DNA of 64,000 bases from Escherichia coli (GCF_024223415.1 NZ_CP100500.1); one strand, 5' to 3'. Shown: positions 1 to 10,786, counted from the first letter of the stretch. A program made the numbers and translations. Notes: generated by a model not told the origin, from the letters alone.

Positions 1-402
1 CGTAAAAAGCTGCTGGATGACGGCAAAGAGCACTTCTTTATCAACATTAGCCTTGATACCGCCAGGCAGCGTGCATTTATCACCGATTCTAAAGCCGCAG
101 AAGTGTTAGTGGTCGATACCCGTAATGGCAATATTCTGGCGAAGGTTGCGGCACCGGAATCACTTGCTGTGCTGTTTAACCCCGCGCGTAATGAAGCCTA
201 CGTGACGCATCGTCAGGCAGGTAAAGTCAGTGTGATTGACGCGAAAAGCTATAAAGTGGTGAAAACGTTCGATACGCCGACTCATCCAAACAGCCTGGCG
301 CTGTCTGCCGATGGCAAAACGCTGTATGTCAGTGTGAAACAAAAATCCACTAAACAGCAGGAAGCTACCCAGCCAGACGATGTGATTCGTATTGCGCTGT
401 AA
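1..402 (+). CDS. yncE: YncE C-terminal part (beta-propeller protein); 5' end lies outside the window
   Basis: Frame is open from nt 1 to the stop at 400-402; C-terminal sequence ...DDVIRIAL recognised; convergent with ansP. Confidence 0.7.
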   Translation, partial: RKKLLDDGKEHFFINISLDTARQRAFITDSKAAEVLVVDTRNGNILAKVAAPESLAVLFNPARNEAYVTHRQAGKVSVIDAKSYKVVKTFDTPTHPNSLALSADGKTLYVSVKQKSTKQQEATQPDDVIRIAL

Positions 403-485
403 TAGATATGGCGAGGGTGAAAACGGAGAGACTTGCCTGACTTTTATCACGTCGCATGCGGCACACCTTCGTCAGTAATCTAAAT

Positions 486-513
486 TTGCCCGGCACGTAG
501 CCGGGCAATTTTG
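486..513 (+). terminator. Rho-independent terminator between convergent yncE and ansP
   Basis: GC-rich hairpin ttgcccggc/acgta/gccgggcaa followed by TTTT; A-rich on the other side, so possibly bidirectional. Confidence 0.55.
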
Positions 514-516
514 CAA

Positions 517-2016
517 TTAGCTCGCCGTTTCAGGCTTAAACACAATTTCCTGTTTTTCTTCATCTTCCTCGACGACTGGCGCAGTGCTGTGAATTTCAGC
601 AACGCGTTTGCGCACACCAAACCAGCCTATAACCAGCAGAATACCGATAATCGGCAGCGCCGCGATAGTATAAGTCCCGTTCGGGTAATCGAACGCCATC
701 AGCACAAGGACACTCAGTAAAAACAGTAATGTCAGCCAGGAAGTGAAGGGCGCGCCAGGCAGTTTAAAACTGACATCCGCTGCTTTGCCTTCTTTAATCG
801 CTTTACGCAGGCGCATCTGGCACACGATGATAAACGCCCATGAAGCGATGATTCCCAGCGACGCGAAGTTCAACACAATCTCAAATACGCGCGATGGCAC
901 CAGATAGTTGAGGAATACGCCGACGACATACACAACCAGTGTCGCCAGAATCCCGGCATACGGCACATGCTGACGACTCATTTTCGCCATAAAACTCGGT
1001 GCGGAACCGCCCATCGCCATTGAGCGCAGAATACGTCCGGTGCAGTACAGACCTGAATTCAGGCTGGAGAGGGCAGCGGTCAGCACCACAATGTTCATAA
1101 TGCTGCCGATATATGGCACACCCAGTTTAGAGAAAAACGTCACGAACGGACTTTGCCCCGCCTGATACGCGCTCCACGGCAATAACATAACCAGCAACAC
1201 CACGGAGCCGACGTAAAACAGGCCAATACGCCAAATCACACTGTTAATGGCTTTAGGCACCATGGTCTGCGGATCTTTACATTCTCCGGCAGCTGTACCC
1301 ACCATTTCAATGGAGGCAAAAGCAAACACTACGCCCTGAATCAACACCAGCGCAGGCAGCAAACCGTGGGGGAAGAAGCCGCCATTATCGGTAATTAAAT
1401 GAAAGCCAGTGGTGTTGCCATCCAGCGGCTGACCACTACCGAGGAACACTGTACCCACGACCAAAAAGGTCACAATGGCGAGCACTTTAATAAGCGCAAA
1501 CCAGAACTCCATCTCCGCAAACCATTTCACACCGATCATATTCATGGTGCCAACGATGGTAAGTGCAGCGAGCGCAAAGACCCACTGCGGCACGCCGCCA
1601 AACGCACCCCAGTAATGCATATACAGAGCGACGGCGGTAATATCAACAATCCCCGTCATCGCCCAGTTGATGAAGTACATCCAGCCAGCAACATAAGCGG
1701 CTTTCTCACCCAAAAACTCACGGGCATAAGAGACAAAACTGCCACTGGAAGGGCGGTGTAGCACCAGCTCACCCAATGCACGCAGAATAAAAAACGAAAA
1801 CAAGCCACAAATTAAATAAACCAGTGCCAGTGCTGGACCCGCCATTTGCAGTCGGGCTCCTGCACCTAAAAACAAGCCGGTGCCAATCGCGCCGCCAATG
1901 GCGATCATCTGTACCTGGCGATTGCCCATCGCTTTGTGATACCCCTCTTCGTGGGCATTAAGCCAGCGGCGTTTCGCGGCGTGTTGATCTGAAGTGTCGG
2001 TGTCGTGTTTACTCAT
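517..2016 (-). CDS. ansP: L-asparagine permease (APC-family amino acid transporter), 499 aa
   Basis: ORF 517..2067; start refined to the ATG at 2014-2016 (MSKHDTDTSDQHAAKRRW...) with GGGAG RBS upstream; multi-helix permease sequence recognised. Confidence 0.93.
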   Translation of the reverse strand: MSKHDTDTSDQHAAKRRWLNAHEEGYHKAMGNRQVQMIAIGGAIGTGLFLGAGARLQMAGPALALVYLICGLFSFFILRALGELVLHRPSSGSFVSYAREFLGEKAAYVAGWMYFINWAMTGIVDITAVALYMHYWGAFGGVPQWVFALAALTIVGTMNMIGVKWFAEMEFWFALIKVLAIVTFLVVGTVFLGSGQPLDGNTTGFHLITDNGGFFPHGLLPALVLIQGVVFAFASIEMVGTAAGECKDPQTMVPKAINSVIWRIGLFYVGSVVLLVMLLPWSAYQAGQSPFVTFFSKLGVPYIGSIMNIVVLTAALSSLNSGLYCTGRILRSMAMGGSAPSFMAKMSRQHVPYAGILATLVVYVVGVFLNYLVPSRVFEIVLNFASLGIIASWAFIIVCQMRLRKAIKEGKAADVSFKLPGAPFTSWLTLLFLLSVLVLMAFDYPNGTYTIAALPIIGILLVIGWFGVRKRVAEIHSTAPVVEEDEEKQEIVFKPETAS

Positions 2017-2282
2017 TGCTCTCCCTGATTGCTTTAATGAAAAAGTCATATAAGTTGCCATGAACAATGTTTATTCATCCTGGCGATGATAGTTATCACC
2101 ATTATTCTTTATGGGTATAAAACTATCGGCGCAGCATCCTACCCGTTATCGATAAACGATGCAAAACATCCCCTTACAATCCTGAAGGGGATTAATACAA
2201 CTGACGAAAAAATGACAAATCCTTTTGCTGGTTAACCTGTGTACTGTCCTACACTTAATCTTTAAAAGATTGTGAGGGGCAT

Positions 2283-2879
2283 ATGATTAAGGTGTATGGC
2301 GTACCCGGATGGGGCTCTACAATCAGTGAGCTGATGCTAACACTGGCTGATATTCCTTATCAGTTCGTTGATGTCAGTGGTTTTGACCACGAGGGAGCTT
2401 CACGCGAGTTATTGAAAACCCTGAACCCGTTGTGTCAGGTTCCGACACTGGCATTGGAAAATGACGAGATTATGACGGAGACAGCGGCGATTGCATTGAT
2501 GGTTCTCGATCGTCGCCCGGACCTTGCGCCACCGGTTGGGCGCGCCGAACGTCAGCAGTTTCAACGGCTATTGGTCTGGCTGGTTGCTAATGTCTATCCA
2601 ACATTCACTTTCGCCGATTACCCTGAGCGTTGGGCTCCTGACGCACCCGAACAGTTAAAGAAGAATGTTATTGAATATCGTAAATCGCTTTATATCTGGC
2701 TGAATTCACAATTGACCCCTGAACCTTATGCGTTTGGTGAGCAACTAACGCTGGTGGACTGTTATCTTTGCACTATGCGCACATGGGGCCTGGGCATGAA
2801 TGGTTTCAGGATAATGCCACGAATATCAGTGCGATTGCTGATGCTGTATGTCAGTTACCGAAATTACAAGAAGTATTAA
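2283..2879 (+). CDS. yncG: GST-like protein YncG; C-terminus apparently frameshifted (the +1 frame continues as ...GHEWFQDNATNISAIADAVCQLPKLQEVLKRNVII to a stop at 2898-2900)
   Basis: N-terminal GST fold motifs (MIKVYGVPGWGST..., CQVPTL); the in-frame tail ...RISVRLLMLYVSYRNYKKY is low-complexity whereas the +1 frame is protein-like; break maps to the CC run at 2789-2790. Confidence 0.7.
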   Translation: MIKVYGVPGWGSTISELMLTLADIPYQFVDVSGFDHEGASRELLKTLNPLCQVPTLALENDEIMTETAAIALMVLDRRPDLAPPVGRAERQQFQRLLVWLVANVYPTFTFADYPERWAPDAPEQLKKNVIEYRKSLYIWLNSQLTPEPYAFGEQLTLVDCYLCTMRTWGLGMNGFRIMPRISVRLLMLYVSYRNYKKY

Positions 2880-2974
2880 AAAGGAATGTCATTATTTGAG
2901 TGGGATACCAGAAGATTATGTTATTTATTATTCAGTAACTTTATCCACAATGATGGGCGTAATTAATTAGATTC

Positions 2975-3187
2975 ATGTTATGTTTTTTAATTTATATCAC
3001 TCTCCCTTTCATTCAGCTTGTCTATTTCATTTCCTCTGAAAAGAAACTAACTATTCACATTGTGAAGATGTTTCACTTGTTATCACAGGCATTCTATAAT
3101 CTCAAAATGTTTTTAATGATGGATATGCTCGGAGTTGGAGATACAATTAATATTAATACAAATAAAAATATCCGGCAGGTATGCTAA
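2975..3187 (+). CDS. yncH: Small hypothetical protein, 70 aa
   Basis: 70-aa ORF in the AT-rich region; matches my recollection of YncH (size and position after yncG); no function inferable. Confidence 0.55.
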   Translation: MLCFLIYITLPFIQLVYFISSEKKLTIHIVKMFHLLSQAFYNLKMFLMMDMLGVGDTININTNKNIRQVC

Positions 3188-4006
3188 AAGGATAAATGGC
3201 GTTCTCTGTATTTATTCGCAATTATCTGTAGGACAAATATGGAGAGCTTGATGAGTCAGAGCTAAAACAGCAATTGATTAATAAACATGTTGATTTATTC
3301 AAGAAAATGGATGTATTTTAAATATTGATTCTTAATATAACCTAATCAATAGATTATCACGTGAGAGCTGCACATTATTGGAGGGGCAGGGGAAAACACC
3401 ATTTTGGGAACAATGCATCAGGTACTCTTACCACTGAAGCAAGATCATCCGGGCACCAGGTGGTGGTGCAGTGCTTTGGAAATGGTCCCCTCGGGGGAGT
3501 TGTCATTATTTTCTATGCTATTTGCTTATGATATTCATCAGGTGAATTTAATAAATTCCTAATTTGAAATATCCACTATTAAGCCAGTGTTTAACGACGT
3601 TAAGATGGCAATGTGCAGATCATGTTATCAGGGTGGGGCGGTAGCGTATATTCCTTATACAAATCATCATTCATTTCAATGATTGTTATTAAATTATTTA
3701 TTGTTGTGAATAAAAAGACATTATGAATATTGGTTTAACTTTGCATATCAGGTTTTTTATTACTCGCTGTAATGTACGAGCCTGTCGTGAATAACGTCCA
3801 GAACCCATCCGTTGCGTTTGTGATTATTTTGTTGACTAAACAGACGCCCGTTTCTCTGAAGTAAAATCCCAGACTAAATCATCACATAACCATGACATTT
3901 TCTGATATTCCCCGGTAACGCCAGTTGTCGACTCACTTATTTCATCCGCCCGACATGTTGTACATGCAATATGTGCGGATTATTATTCATTTTCACGGAG
4001 GTTGCT

Positions 4007-6115
4007 ATGTCAACCGGATTACGTTTCACGCTGGAAGTGGACGGCCTGCCACCGGACGCGTTTGCGGTGGTCTCCTTTCATCTGAACCAGTCACTCTCTT
4101 CACTTTTTTCCCTCGACCTTTCTCTGGTCAGTCAGCAGTTTCTTTCCCTTGAATTTGCGCAGGTGCTGGACAAAATGGCCTACCTGACGGTATGGCAGGG
4201 CGATGACGTACAGCGCCGGGTGAAAGGTGTGGTGACCTGGTTTGAACTGGGGGAGAACGACAAAAACCAGATGCTGTACAGCATGAAGGTGTGCCCGCCG
4301 CTGTGGCGCACAGGGCTGCGCCAGAACTTCCGTATCTTCCAGAATGAGGACATCGAAAGCATCCTCGCTACGATATTGCAGGAAAACGGGGTGACCGAGT
4401 GGAGTCCGCTGTTCAGCGAGCCGCATCCTTCCCGTGAGTTTTGTGTCCAGTACGGCGAAACCGATTACGATTTCCTGTGCCGGATGGCGGCGGAGGAAGG
4501 CATCTTCTTTTATGAGGAGCACGCGCAAAAAAGTACCGACCAAAGCCTGGTCCTGTGCGATACCGTGCGTTATCTGCCGGAGTCCTTTGAGATCCCCTGG
4601 AATCCGAACACCCGTACCGAGGTAAGCACCCTCTGCATCAGCCAGTTTCGCTACAGCGCACAAATCCGCCCTTCTTCCGTGGTGACCAAAGACTACACCT
4701 TTAAACGCCCCGGCTGGGCCGGACGTTTTGACCAGGAAGGCCAGCACCAGGATTACCAGCGCACACAGTATGAAGTGTATGACTATCCCGGACGTTTCAA
4801 GGGCGCCCACGGGCAGAACTTTGCCCGCTGGCAGATGGACGGCTGGCGAAACAACGCAGAAGTGGCGCGCGGAACAAGCCGTTCGCCGGAGATATGGCCG
4901 GGACGGCGAATTGTGCTGACGGGGCATCCGCAGGCGAACCTGAACCGGGAATGGCAGGTGGTGGCAAGTGAACTGCACGGTGAGCAGCCGCAGGCGGTGC
5001 CGGGACGCAGTGGTTCAGGTACCTCGCTGAATAACCACTTTGCGGTAATCCCGGCAGACCGGACATGGCGGCCACAGCCGTTGCTGAAACCGCTGGTGGA
5101 CGGCCCGCAGAGCGCCGTCGTGACGGGACCGGCAGGCGAGGAAATCTTCTGTGATGAACATGGCCGCGTGCGGGTGAAATTTAACTGGGACCGCTATAAC
5201 CCGTCAAACCAGGACAGTTCATGCTGGATCCGTGTGGCACAGGCGTGGGCAGGCACCGGATTCGGTAACCTTGCGATACCGCGCGTGGGTCAGGAGGTGA
5301 TTGTGGACTTCCTCAACGGCGATCCGGACCAGCCGATCATTATGGGGCGCACCTACCACCAGGAAAACCGCACACCCGGCAGCCTGCCGGGAACAAAGAC
5401 GCAGATGACCATTCGTTCGAAAACCTATAAGGGCAGCGGGTTTAATGAACTGAAGTTTGACGATGCGACAGGGAAAGAACAGGTCTACATCCACGCGCAG
5501 AAGAACATGAACACCGAGGTGCTGAATAACCGCACCACGGATGTGATAAACAACCATGCTGAGACCATTGGCAACAATCAGATGATTGCGGTTACCAACA
5601 ATCAGATACAGACGGTGGGCGTTAACCAGATAGAGACGGTGGGCAGTAACCAGATCATTAACGTGGGTTCTGTTCAGGTGGAAACGATTGGACTTGTTCG
5701 TGCGCTGACCGTGGGCGTGGCGTACCAGACGACGGTAGGTGGCATTATGAACACTTCGGTGGCTCTGATGCAGTCCTCGCAGATCGGTTTGCATAAATCT
5801 TTGAGGGTCGGGCTGGGTTATGACGTCAAAGTCGGAAATAACGTTACCTTCACCGTTGGTAAAACGAAAAAGGATGATACCGGGCAGACCGCGATTTACT
5901 CCGCCGGTGAGCATCTGGAGCTCTGCTGTGGTAAGGCAAAGCTGGTGCTGACAAAGGACGGTCAAATTTTTCTCAACGGCACAAAAATTCATTTGCAGGG
6001 TAAGGAGCAGGTTAATGGTGACTCACTGTTGATTAACTGGAACTGTGCAGCCTCGAAATCCCCACCGAAGACCCCTGATGAAAAGCAGGATACGCCGGAT
6101 ATGAGAGAGTACTGA
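4007..6115 (+). CDS. vgrG: Type VI secretion spike protein VgrG, 702 aa
   Basis: ORF 3971..6115; start set at ATG 4007 (MSTGLRFTLEVDGLPPDAF...) with GGAGG RBS at 3997-4001; gp27/gp5-like core, C-terminal beta-helix octapeptide repeats (NNQMIAVT/NNQIQTVG/VNQIETVG). Confidence 0.9.
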   Translation: MSTGLRFTLEVDGLPPDAFAVVSFHLNQSLSSLFSLDLSLVSQQFLSLEFAQVLDKMAYLTVWQGDDVQRRVKGVVTWFELGENDKNQMLYSMKVCPPLWRTGLRQNFRIFQNEDIESILATILQENGVTEWSPLFSEPHPSREFCVQYGETDYDFLCRMAAEEGIFFYEEHAQKSTDQSLVLCDTVRYLPESFEIPWNPNTRTEVSTLCISQFRYSAQIRPSSVVTKDYTFKRPGWAGRFDQEGQHQDYQRTQYEVYDYPGRFKGAHGQNFARWQMDGWRNNAEVARGTSRSPEIWPGRRIVLTGHPQANLNREWQVVASELHGEQPQAVPGRSGSGTSLNNHFAVIPADRTWRPQPLLKPLVDGPQSAVVTGPAGEEIFCDEHGRVRVKFNWDRYNPSNQDSSCWIRVAQAWAGTGFGNLAIPRVGQEVIVDFLNGDPDQPIIMGRTYHQENRTPGSLPGTKTQMTIRSKTYKGSGFNELKFDDATGKEQVYIHAQKNMNTEVLNNRTTDVINNHAETIGNNQMIAVTNNQIQTVGVNQIETVGSNQIINVGSVQVETIGLVRALTVGVAYQTTVGGIMNTSVALMQSSQIGLHKSLRVGLGYDVKVGNNVTFTVGKTKKDDTGQTAIYSAGEHLELCCGKAKLVLTKDGQIFLNGTKIHLQGKEQVNGDSLLINWNCAASKSPPKTPDEKQDTPDMREY

Positions 6116-6181
6116 TCCCGTACCTGTTCGGTATTCAGTAACAAACAAGCATTAAAAATAAACAGAAGAAGGAATTGAATC

Positions 6182-9100
6182 ATGAGCGGAAAACCAGCGG
6201 CGCGTCAGGGAGATATGACTCAGTATGGCGGTCCCATTGTCCAGGGTTCGGCAGGTGTAAGAATTGGCGCGCCCACCGGCGTGGCGTGCTCGGTGTGTCC
6301 GGGCGGGATGACCTCGGGCAACCCGGTAAATCCGCTGCTGGGGGCGAAGGTGCTGCCCGGCGAGACGGACCTTGCGCTGCCCGGCCCGCTGCCGTTCATT
6401 CTCTCCCGCACCTACAGCAGCTACCGGACGAAGACGCCTGCGCCGGTGGGGATTTTTGGCCCCGGCTGGAAAGCGCCTTCTGATATCCGCTTACAGCTAC
6501 ATGATGACGGACTGATACTCAACGACAACGGCGGGCGGAGCATTCACTTTGAGCCGCTGCTGCCGGGGGAGGCGGTGTACAGCCGCAGCGAGTCAATGTG
6601 GCTGGTGCGCGGTGGTAAGGCAGCGCAGCCGGACGGCCACACGCTGGCGCGGCTGTGGGGGGCGCTGCCGCCGGATATCCGGTTAAGCCCGCATCTTTAC
6701 CTGGCGACCAACAGCGCACAGGGGCCGTGGTGGATACTGGGGTGGTCAGAGCGGGTGCCGGGTGCTGAGGACGTACTGCCAGCGCCGCTGCCGCCGTACC
6801 GGGTGCTTACCGGGCTGGCAGACCGTTTCGGGCGGACGCTGACGTACCGGCGTGAGGCCGCAGGCGACCTGGCCGGGGAAATCACCGGCGTGACGGACGG
6901 TGCCGGGCGTGAGTTCCGTCTGGTACTGACCACACAGGCACAGCGGGCGGAAGAGGCCCGCACCTCTTCGCTATCTTCTTCTGACAGTTCCCGCCCTCTC
7001 TCAGCCTCAGCGTTCCCCGACACACTGCCCGGTACCGAATACGGCCCCGACAGGGGTATCCGTCTTTCAGCGGTGTGGCTGATGCACGACCCGGCATACC
7101 CGGAGAATCTGCCCGGTGCGCCACTGGCGCGGTACACGTATACGGAAGCCGGTGAACTGCTGGCGGTATATGACCGCAGCAATACGCAGGTGCGCGCTTT
7201 CACGTATGACGCGCAGCACCCGGGCCGGATGGTGGCGCACCGTTACGCGGGAAGGCCGGAGATGCGCTACCGCTACGACGATACCGGGCGGGTGGTGGAG
7301 CAGCTGAACCCGGCAGGCCTGAGTTACCGCTACCAGTATGAGCAGGACCGCATCACCGTCACGGATAGCCTGAACCGGCGTGAGGTGCTGCATACAGAAG
7401 GCGGGGCCGGGCTGAAGCGGGTGGTGAAAAAAGAACTGGCGGACGGCAGCGTCACGCACAGCGGGTATGACGCGGCAGGAAGGCTCACGGCGCAGACGGA
7501 CGCGGCGGGACGGCGGACAGAGTACGGTCTGAATGTGGTGTCCGGCGATATCACGGACATCACCACACCGGACGGGCGGGAGACGAAATTTTACTATAAC
7601 GACGGGAACCAGCTGACGGCGGTGGTGTCCCCGGACGGGCTGGAGAGCCGCCGGGCATATGATGAACCGGGCAGGCTGGTATCGGAGACATCGCGCAGCG
7701 GGGAGACAGTACGCTACCGCTACGATGATGCGTACAGTGAGTTACCGGCGACGACAACAGATGCGACGGGCAGCACCCGGCAGATGACCTGGAGCCGCTA
7801 CGGTCAGTTGCTGGCGTTCACCGACTGCTCGGGCTACCAGACCCGCTATGAATACGACCGCTTCGGCCAGATGACGGCGGTCCACCGCGAGGAAGGCATC
7901 AGCCTTTACCGCCGCTATGACAACCGTGGCCGGTTAATCTCGGTGAAAGACGCACAGGGCCATGAAACGCGGTATGAGTACAACGCCGCAGGCGACCTGA
8001 CTGCCGTCATTACCCCGGACGGCAACCGGAGCGAGACACAGTACGATGCGTGGGGAAAGGCGGTCAGCACCACGCAGGGCGGGCTGACGCGCAGTATGGA
8101 GTACGATGCTGCCGGACGTGTCATCAGCCTGACCAACGAGAACGGCAGCCGGAGTGAGTTTACCTACGATGCGCTGGACCGCCTGGTACAGCAGGGCGGC
8201 TTTGACGGGCGGACGCAGCGTTACCGTTATGACCTGACCGGAAAACTCACGCAGAGTGAAGATGAGGGGCTTGTCATCCTCTGGTACTACGATGAATCGG
8301 ACCGTATCACTCACCGCACGGTGAACGGCGAACCGGCAGAGCAGTGGCAGTATGATGGCCACGGCTGGCTGAGAGAAATCAGCCACCTGAGCGAAGGCCA
8401 CCGTGTTGCCGTCCACTATGGCTATGACGATAAAGGCCGCCTGACCGGCGAACGCCAGACGGTGGAGAACCCGGAGACGGGGGAACTGCTGTGGCAGCAT
8501 GAGACGAAACACGCATACAACGAGCAGGGGCTGGCAAACCGCGTCACGCCGGACAGCCTGCCGCCGGTGGAGTGGCTGACGTATGGCAGCGGTTACCTGG
8601 CGGGAATGAAGCTGGGCGGGACGCCGCTGGTCGAGTATACGCGGGACAGGCTGCACCGGGAGACGGTGCGCAGCTTCGGCAATAATGCATATGAACTGAC
8701 CAGCACTTACACCCCCGCAGGCCAGTTACAGAGCCAGCACCTGAACAGCCTGGTGTATGACCGTGACTACGGGTGGAATGACAACGGCGACCTGGTGCGC
8801 ATCAGCGGTCCGCGACAGACGCGGGAATACGGCTACAGCGCCACGGGCAGGCTGGAGAGTGTGCGCACCCTCGCACCGGACCTGGACATCCGCATCCCGT
8901 ATGCCACGGACCCGGCGGGCAACCGGCTGCCGGACCCGGAGCTGCACCCGGACAGTACACTCACAGTGTGGCCGGATAACCGAATCACCGAAGACGCGCA
9001 CTACCTGTACCGTTACGATGAATACGGCAGGCTGACGGAGAAGACGGACCGCATCCCGACGGGTGTGATACGGACGGACGACGAGCGGACCCACCACTAC

Positions 9101-10387
9101 CACTACGACAGCCAGCACCGCCTGGTGTTCTACACGCGGATACAGCATGAGGAGCCACTGGTCGAGAGCCGCTACCTCTACGACCCGCTGGGACGGCGAA
9201 TGGCAAAACGGGTCTGGCGGCGGGAGCGTGACCTGACGGGGTGGATGTCGCTGTCGCGTAAACCGGAGGAGACATGGTACGGGTGGGACGGCGACAGGCT
9301 GACGACGGTGCAGACTGACACCACACGTATCCAGACGGTCTACCAGCCGGGGAGCTTCACGCCGCTCATCCGTATCGAGACAGAGAACGGCGAACGGGAG
9401 AAAATGCAGCGCCGCAGCCTGGCGGAGAAGCTGCAGCAGGAAGGAAGTGAGGACGGTCACGGTGTGGTGTTCCCGGCTGAGCTGGTGAGGATGCTGGACA
9501 GGCTGGAGGAAGAAATCCGGGCAAACTGCGTGAGCAGTGAAAGCCGCCAGTGGCTTGCGCAGTGCGGGCTGACGGTGGAGCGGCTGGCGGCACAGATAGA
9601 GCCGGTTTATTTGCCTGAGCGAAAAATACATCTTTATCACTGTGACCACCGGGGCCTGCCGCTGGCGCTTATCAGTGAAGACGGCAATACGGCGTGGCGC
9701 GGGGAGTATGATGAATGGGGCAACCAGCTTAATGAAGAGAACCCGTATTACCTGCACCAGCCATACCGTCTGCCGGGGCAGCAGCATGATGAGGAATCAG
9801 GGCTGTACTATAACCGGAACCGGTACTATGACCCGCTACAGGGGAGGTATATTACACAAGACCCCATTGGGCTGGAGGGGGGATGGAACCTGTACCAATA
9901 TCCGCTGAATCCAGTGCAACACGTTGATCCATTAGGGCTTAGTACTATGATAATAGGTAACGGCCCCGTTCCTGATAATCCTTTTGGGCATGCTGCGGCG
10001 GCAAATCGATATGGATTAATGAGTTCGGGAACTGGGGATGAGATGGGAGCCTCTGTCTCTGATTATTTTAAAAAGATGCAACCCCGCAGAGATACCTGGA
10101 TTTGGATAATAGATACAACAGATGAAGAAGAACAATGTATGATGAATAAGGCAATAGACCTTAATAAAAAACTAAAAACTATTAACCTCGGGCCTCTTCC
10201 TGTTTTAAATAATTGTTTTAGCCGAACGAACATGATTTTTGAGGCGTGCGGGTTTAACAACCCCTCTATGAATACAAATGCGCCTATAAGCCTACAAGTG
10301 CTCGGTGAGCTTTATGGATATCAAAGATATATTATGCCTAAAGGTCCTTTCACTGGATTCCCATTTGAATTTCAAGAGGTAAAGTAA
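6182..10387 (+). CDS. rhsE: Full-length Rhs polymorphic toxin, 1401 aa: PAAR-like N-terminus, YD-repeat shell, DPLGL boundary motif, variable C-terminal domain
   Basis: N-terminus [23 protein letters not shown]...; many YD repeats ([17 protein letters not shown], ...); conserved core end ...[26 protein letters not shown]...VDPLGL at 9923-9940; symbol assigned by locus position (between yncH and H-rpt/pptA). Confidence 0.9.
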   Translation: MSGKPAARQGDMTQYGGPIVQGSAGVRIGAPTGVACSVCPGGMTSGNPVNPLLGAKVLPGETDLALPGPLPFILSRTYSSYRTKTPAPVGIFGPGWKAPSDIRLQLHDDGLILNDNGGRSIHFEPLLPGEAVYSRSESMWLVRGGKAAQPDGHTLARLWGALPPDIRLSPHLYLATNSAQGPWWILGWSERVPGAEDVLPAPLPPYRVLTGLADRFGRTLTYRREAAGDLAGEITGVTDGAGREFRLVLTTQAQRAEEARTSSLSSSDSSRPLSASAFPDTLPGTEYGPDRGIRLSAVWLMHDPAYPENLPGAPLARYTYTEAGELLAVYDRSNTQVRAFTYDAQHPGRMVAHRYAGRPEMRYRYDDTGRVVEQLNPAGLSYRYQYEQDRITVTDSLNRREVLHTEGGAGLKRVVKKELADGSVTHSGYDAAGRLTAQTDAAGRRTEYGLNVVSGDITDITTPDGRETKFYYNDGNQLTAVVSPDGLESRRAYDEPGRLVSETSRSGETVRYRYDDAYSELPATTTDATGSTRQMTWSRYGQLLAFTDCSGYQTRYEYDRFGQMTAVHREEGISLYRRYDNRGRLISVKDAQGHETRYEYNAAGDLTAVITPDGNRSETQYDAWGKAVSTTQGGLTRSMEYDAAGRVISLTNENGSRSEFTYDALDRLVQQGGFDGRTQRYRYDLTGKLTQSEDEGLVILWYYDESDRITHRTVNGEPAEQWQYDGHGWLREISHLSEGHRVAVHYGYDDKGRLTGERQTVENPETGELLWQHETKHAYNEQGLANRVTPDSLPPVEWLTYGSGYLAGMKLGGTPLVEYTRDRLHRETVRSFGNNAYELTSTYTPAGQLQSQHLNSLVYDRDYGWNDNGDLVRISGPRQTREYGYSATGRLESVRTLAPDLDIRIPYATDPAGNRLPDPELHPDSTLTVWPDNRITEDAHYLYRYDEYGRLTEKTDRIPTGVIRTDDERTHHYHYDSQHRLVFYTRIQHEEPLVESRYLYDPLGRRMAKRVWRRERDLTGWMSLSRKPEETWYGWDGDRLTTVQTDTTRIQTVYQPGSFTPLIRIETENGEREKMQRRSLAEKLQQEGSEDGHGVVFPAELVRMLDRLEEEIRANCVSSESRQWLAQCGLTVERLAAQIEPVYLPERKIHLYHCDHRGLPLALISEDGNTAWRGEYDEWGNQLNEENPYYLHQPYRLPGQQHDEESGLYYNRNRYYDPLQGRYITQDPIGLEGGWNLYQYPLNPVQHVDPLGLSTMIIGNGPVPDNPFGHAAAANRYGLMSSGTGDEMGASVSDYFKKMQPRRDTWIWIIDTTDEEEQCMMNKAIDLNKKLKTINLGPLPVLNNCFSRTNMIFEACGFNNPSMNTNAPISLQVLGELYGYQRYIMPKGPFTGFPFEFQEVK
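9941..10387 (+). other. Rhs C-terminal variable (toxin) domain, 148 aa, family not recognised
   Basis: Begins immediately after DPLGL; abrupt drop in GC content relative to the rhs core; contains His and Cys residues (GHAAA, EEQCMM, NNCFS, EACGF) but no motif I can assign. Confidence 0.6.
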
Positions 10388-10786
10388 ATGGAAATGCTTG
10401 GGAAGATATTAGTGATAATTATTTCCATGATAATTATATCTTGTGATTATTATAATGCTGGCATGGACTATCAAGATAATATAGCCCTCGAGCAAGTCGT
10501 AACATGGGATTCTGATAATATATTCACACCTAATATCTTTGAACATAATGGAAGATGTTTTATGAAGAAAAATGAAACATGGATGTTATTAAATGGAGAT
10601 GCAACACCAAACATTAGAACAATGAGCAATAAGAAAATAGAATGCCTGGAGAAGAGTGAAGTAGAATGGGCTAGTAGGGTTTGCGACAGTATCACAGACA
10701 AGGAAAGGGAAAATCTGAAGGCATTAATATGTAGCAAACCAGCTAAATCAGTTAATACAGGCAAAAGACCAGCGTTAGGATATTGA
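10388..10786 (+). CDS. Putative Rhs immunity protein, 132 aa, predicted inner-membrane lipoprotein
   Basis: ATG directly follows the rhs TAA stop (10385-10387); N-terminus MEMLGKILVIIISMIIIS-C19-D20 = signal peptide plus lipobox-like IISC with Asp at +2; AT-rich like the toxin tip. Confidence 0.6.
   Translation: MEMLGKILVIIISMIIISCDYYNAGMDYQDNIALEQVVTWDSDNIFTPNIFEHNGRCFMKKNETWMLLNGDATPNIRTMSNKKIECLEKSEVEWASRVCDSITDKERENLKALICSKPAKSVNTGKRPALGY

Noticed and set aside
3413-3562. 49-aa ORF (MHQVLLPLKQDHPGTRWW...) in the spacer upstream of vgrG
   Set aside because: No Shine-Dalgarno sequence, no recognisable domain, and it lies in a likely regulatory AT-rich region; insufficient support to call a gene.
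5500-5700. Tandem nucleotide repeats in vgrG that could be mistaken for a repeat array
   Set aside because: They are in-frame octapeptide beta-helix repeats of the VgrG gp5-like spike, with no spacers or CRISPR architecture.
4100-9787. Many long antisense or overlapping ORFs inside vgrG and rhs (for example 4100..4978, 5219..5992, 7934..8656, 8726..9787)
   Set aside because: High GC content gives long stop-free antisense frames; their translations are low-complexity (Arg/Pro/Ala-rich) and they lie wholly within well-supported genes.
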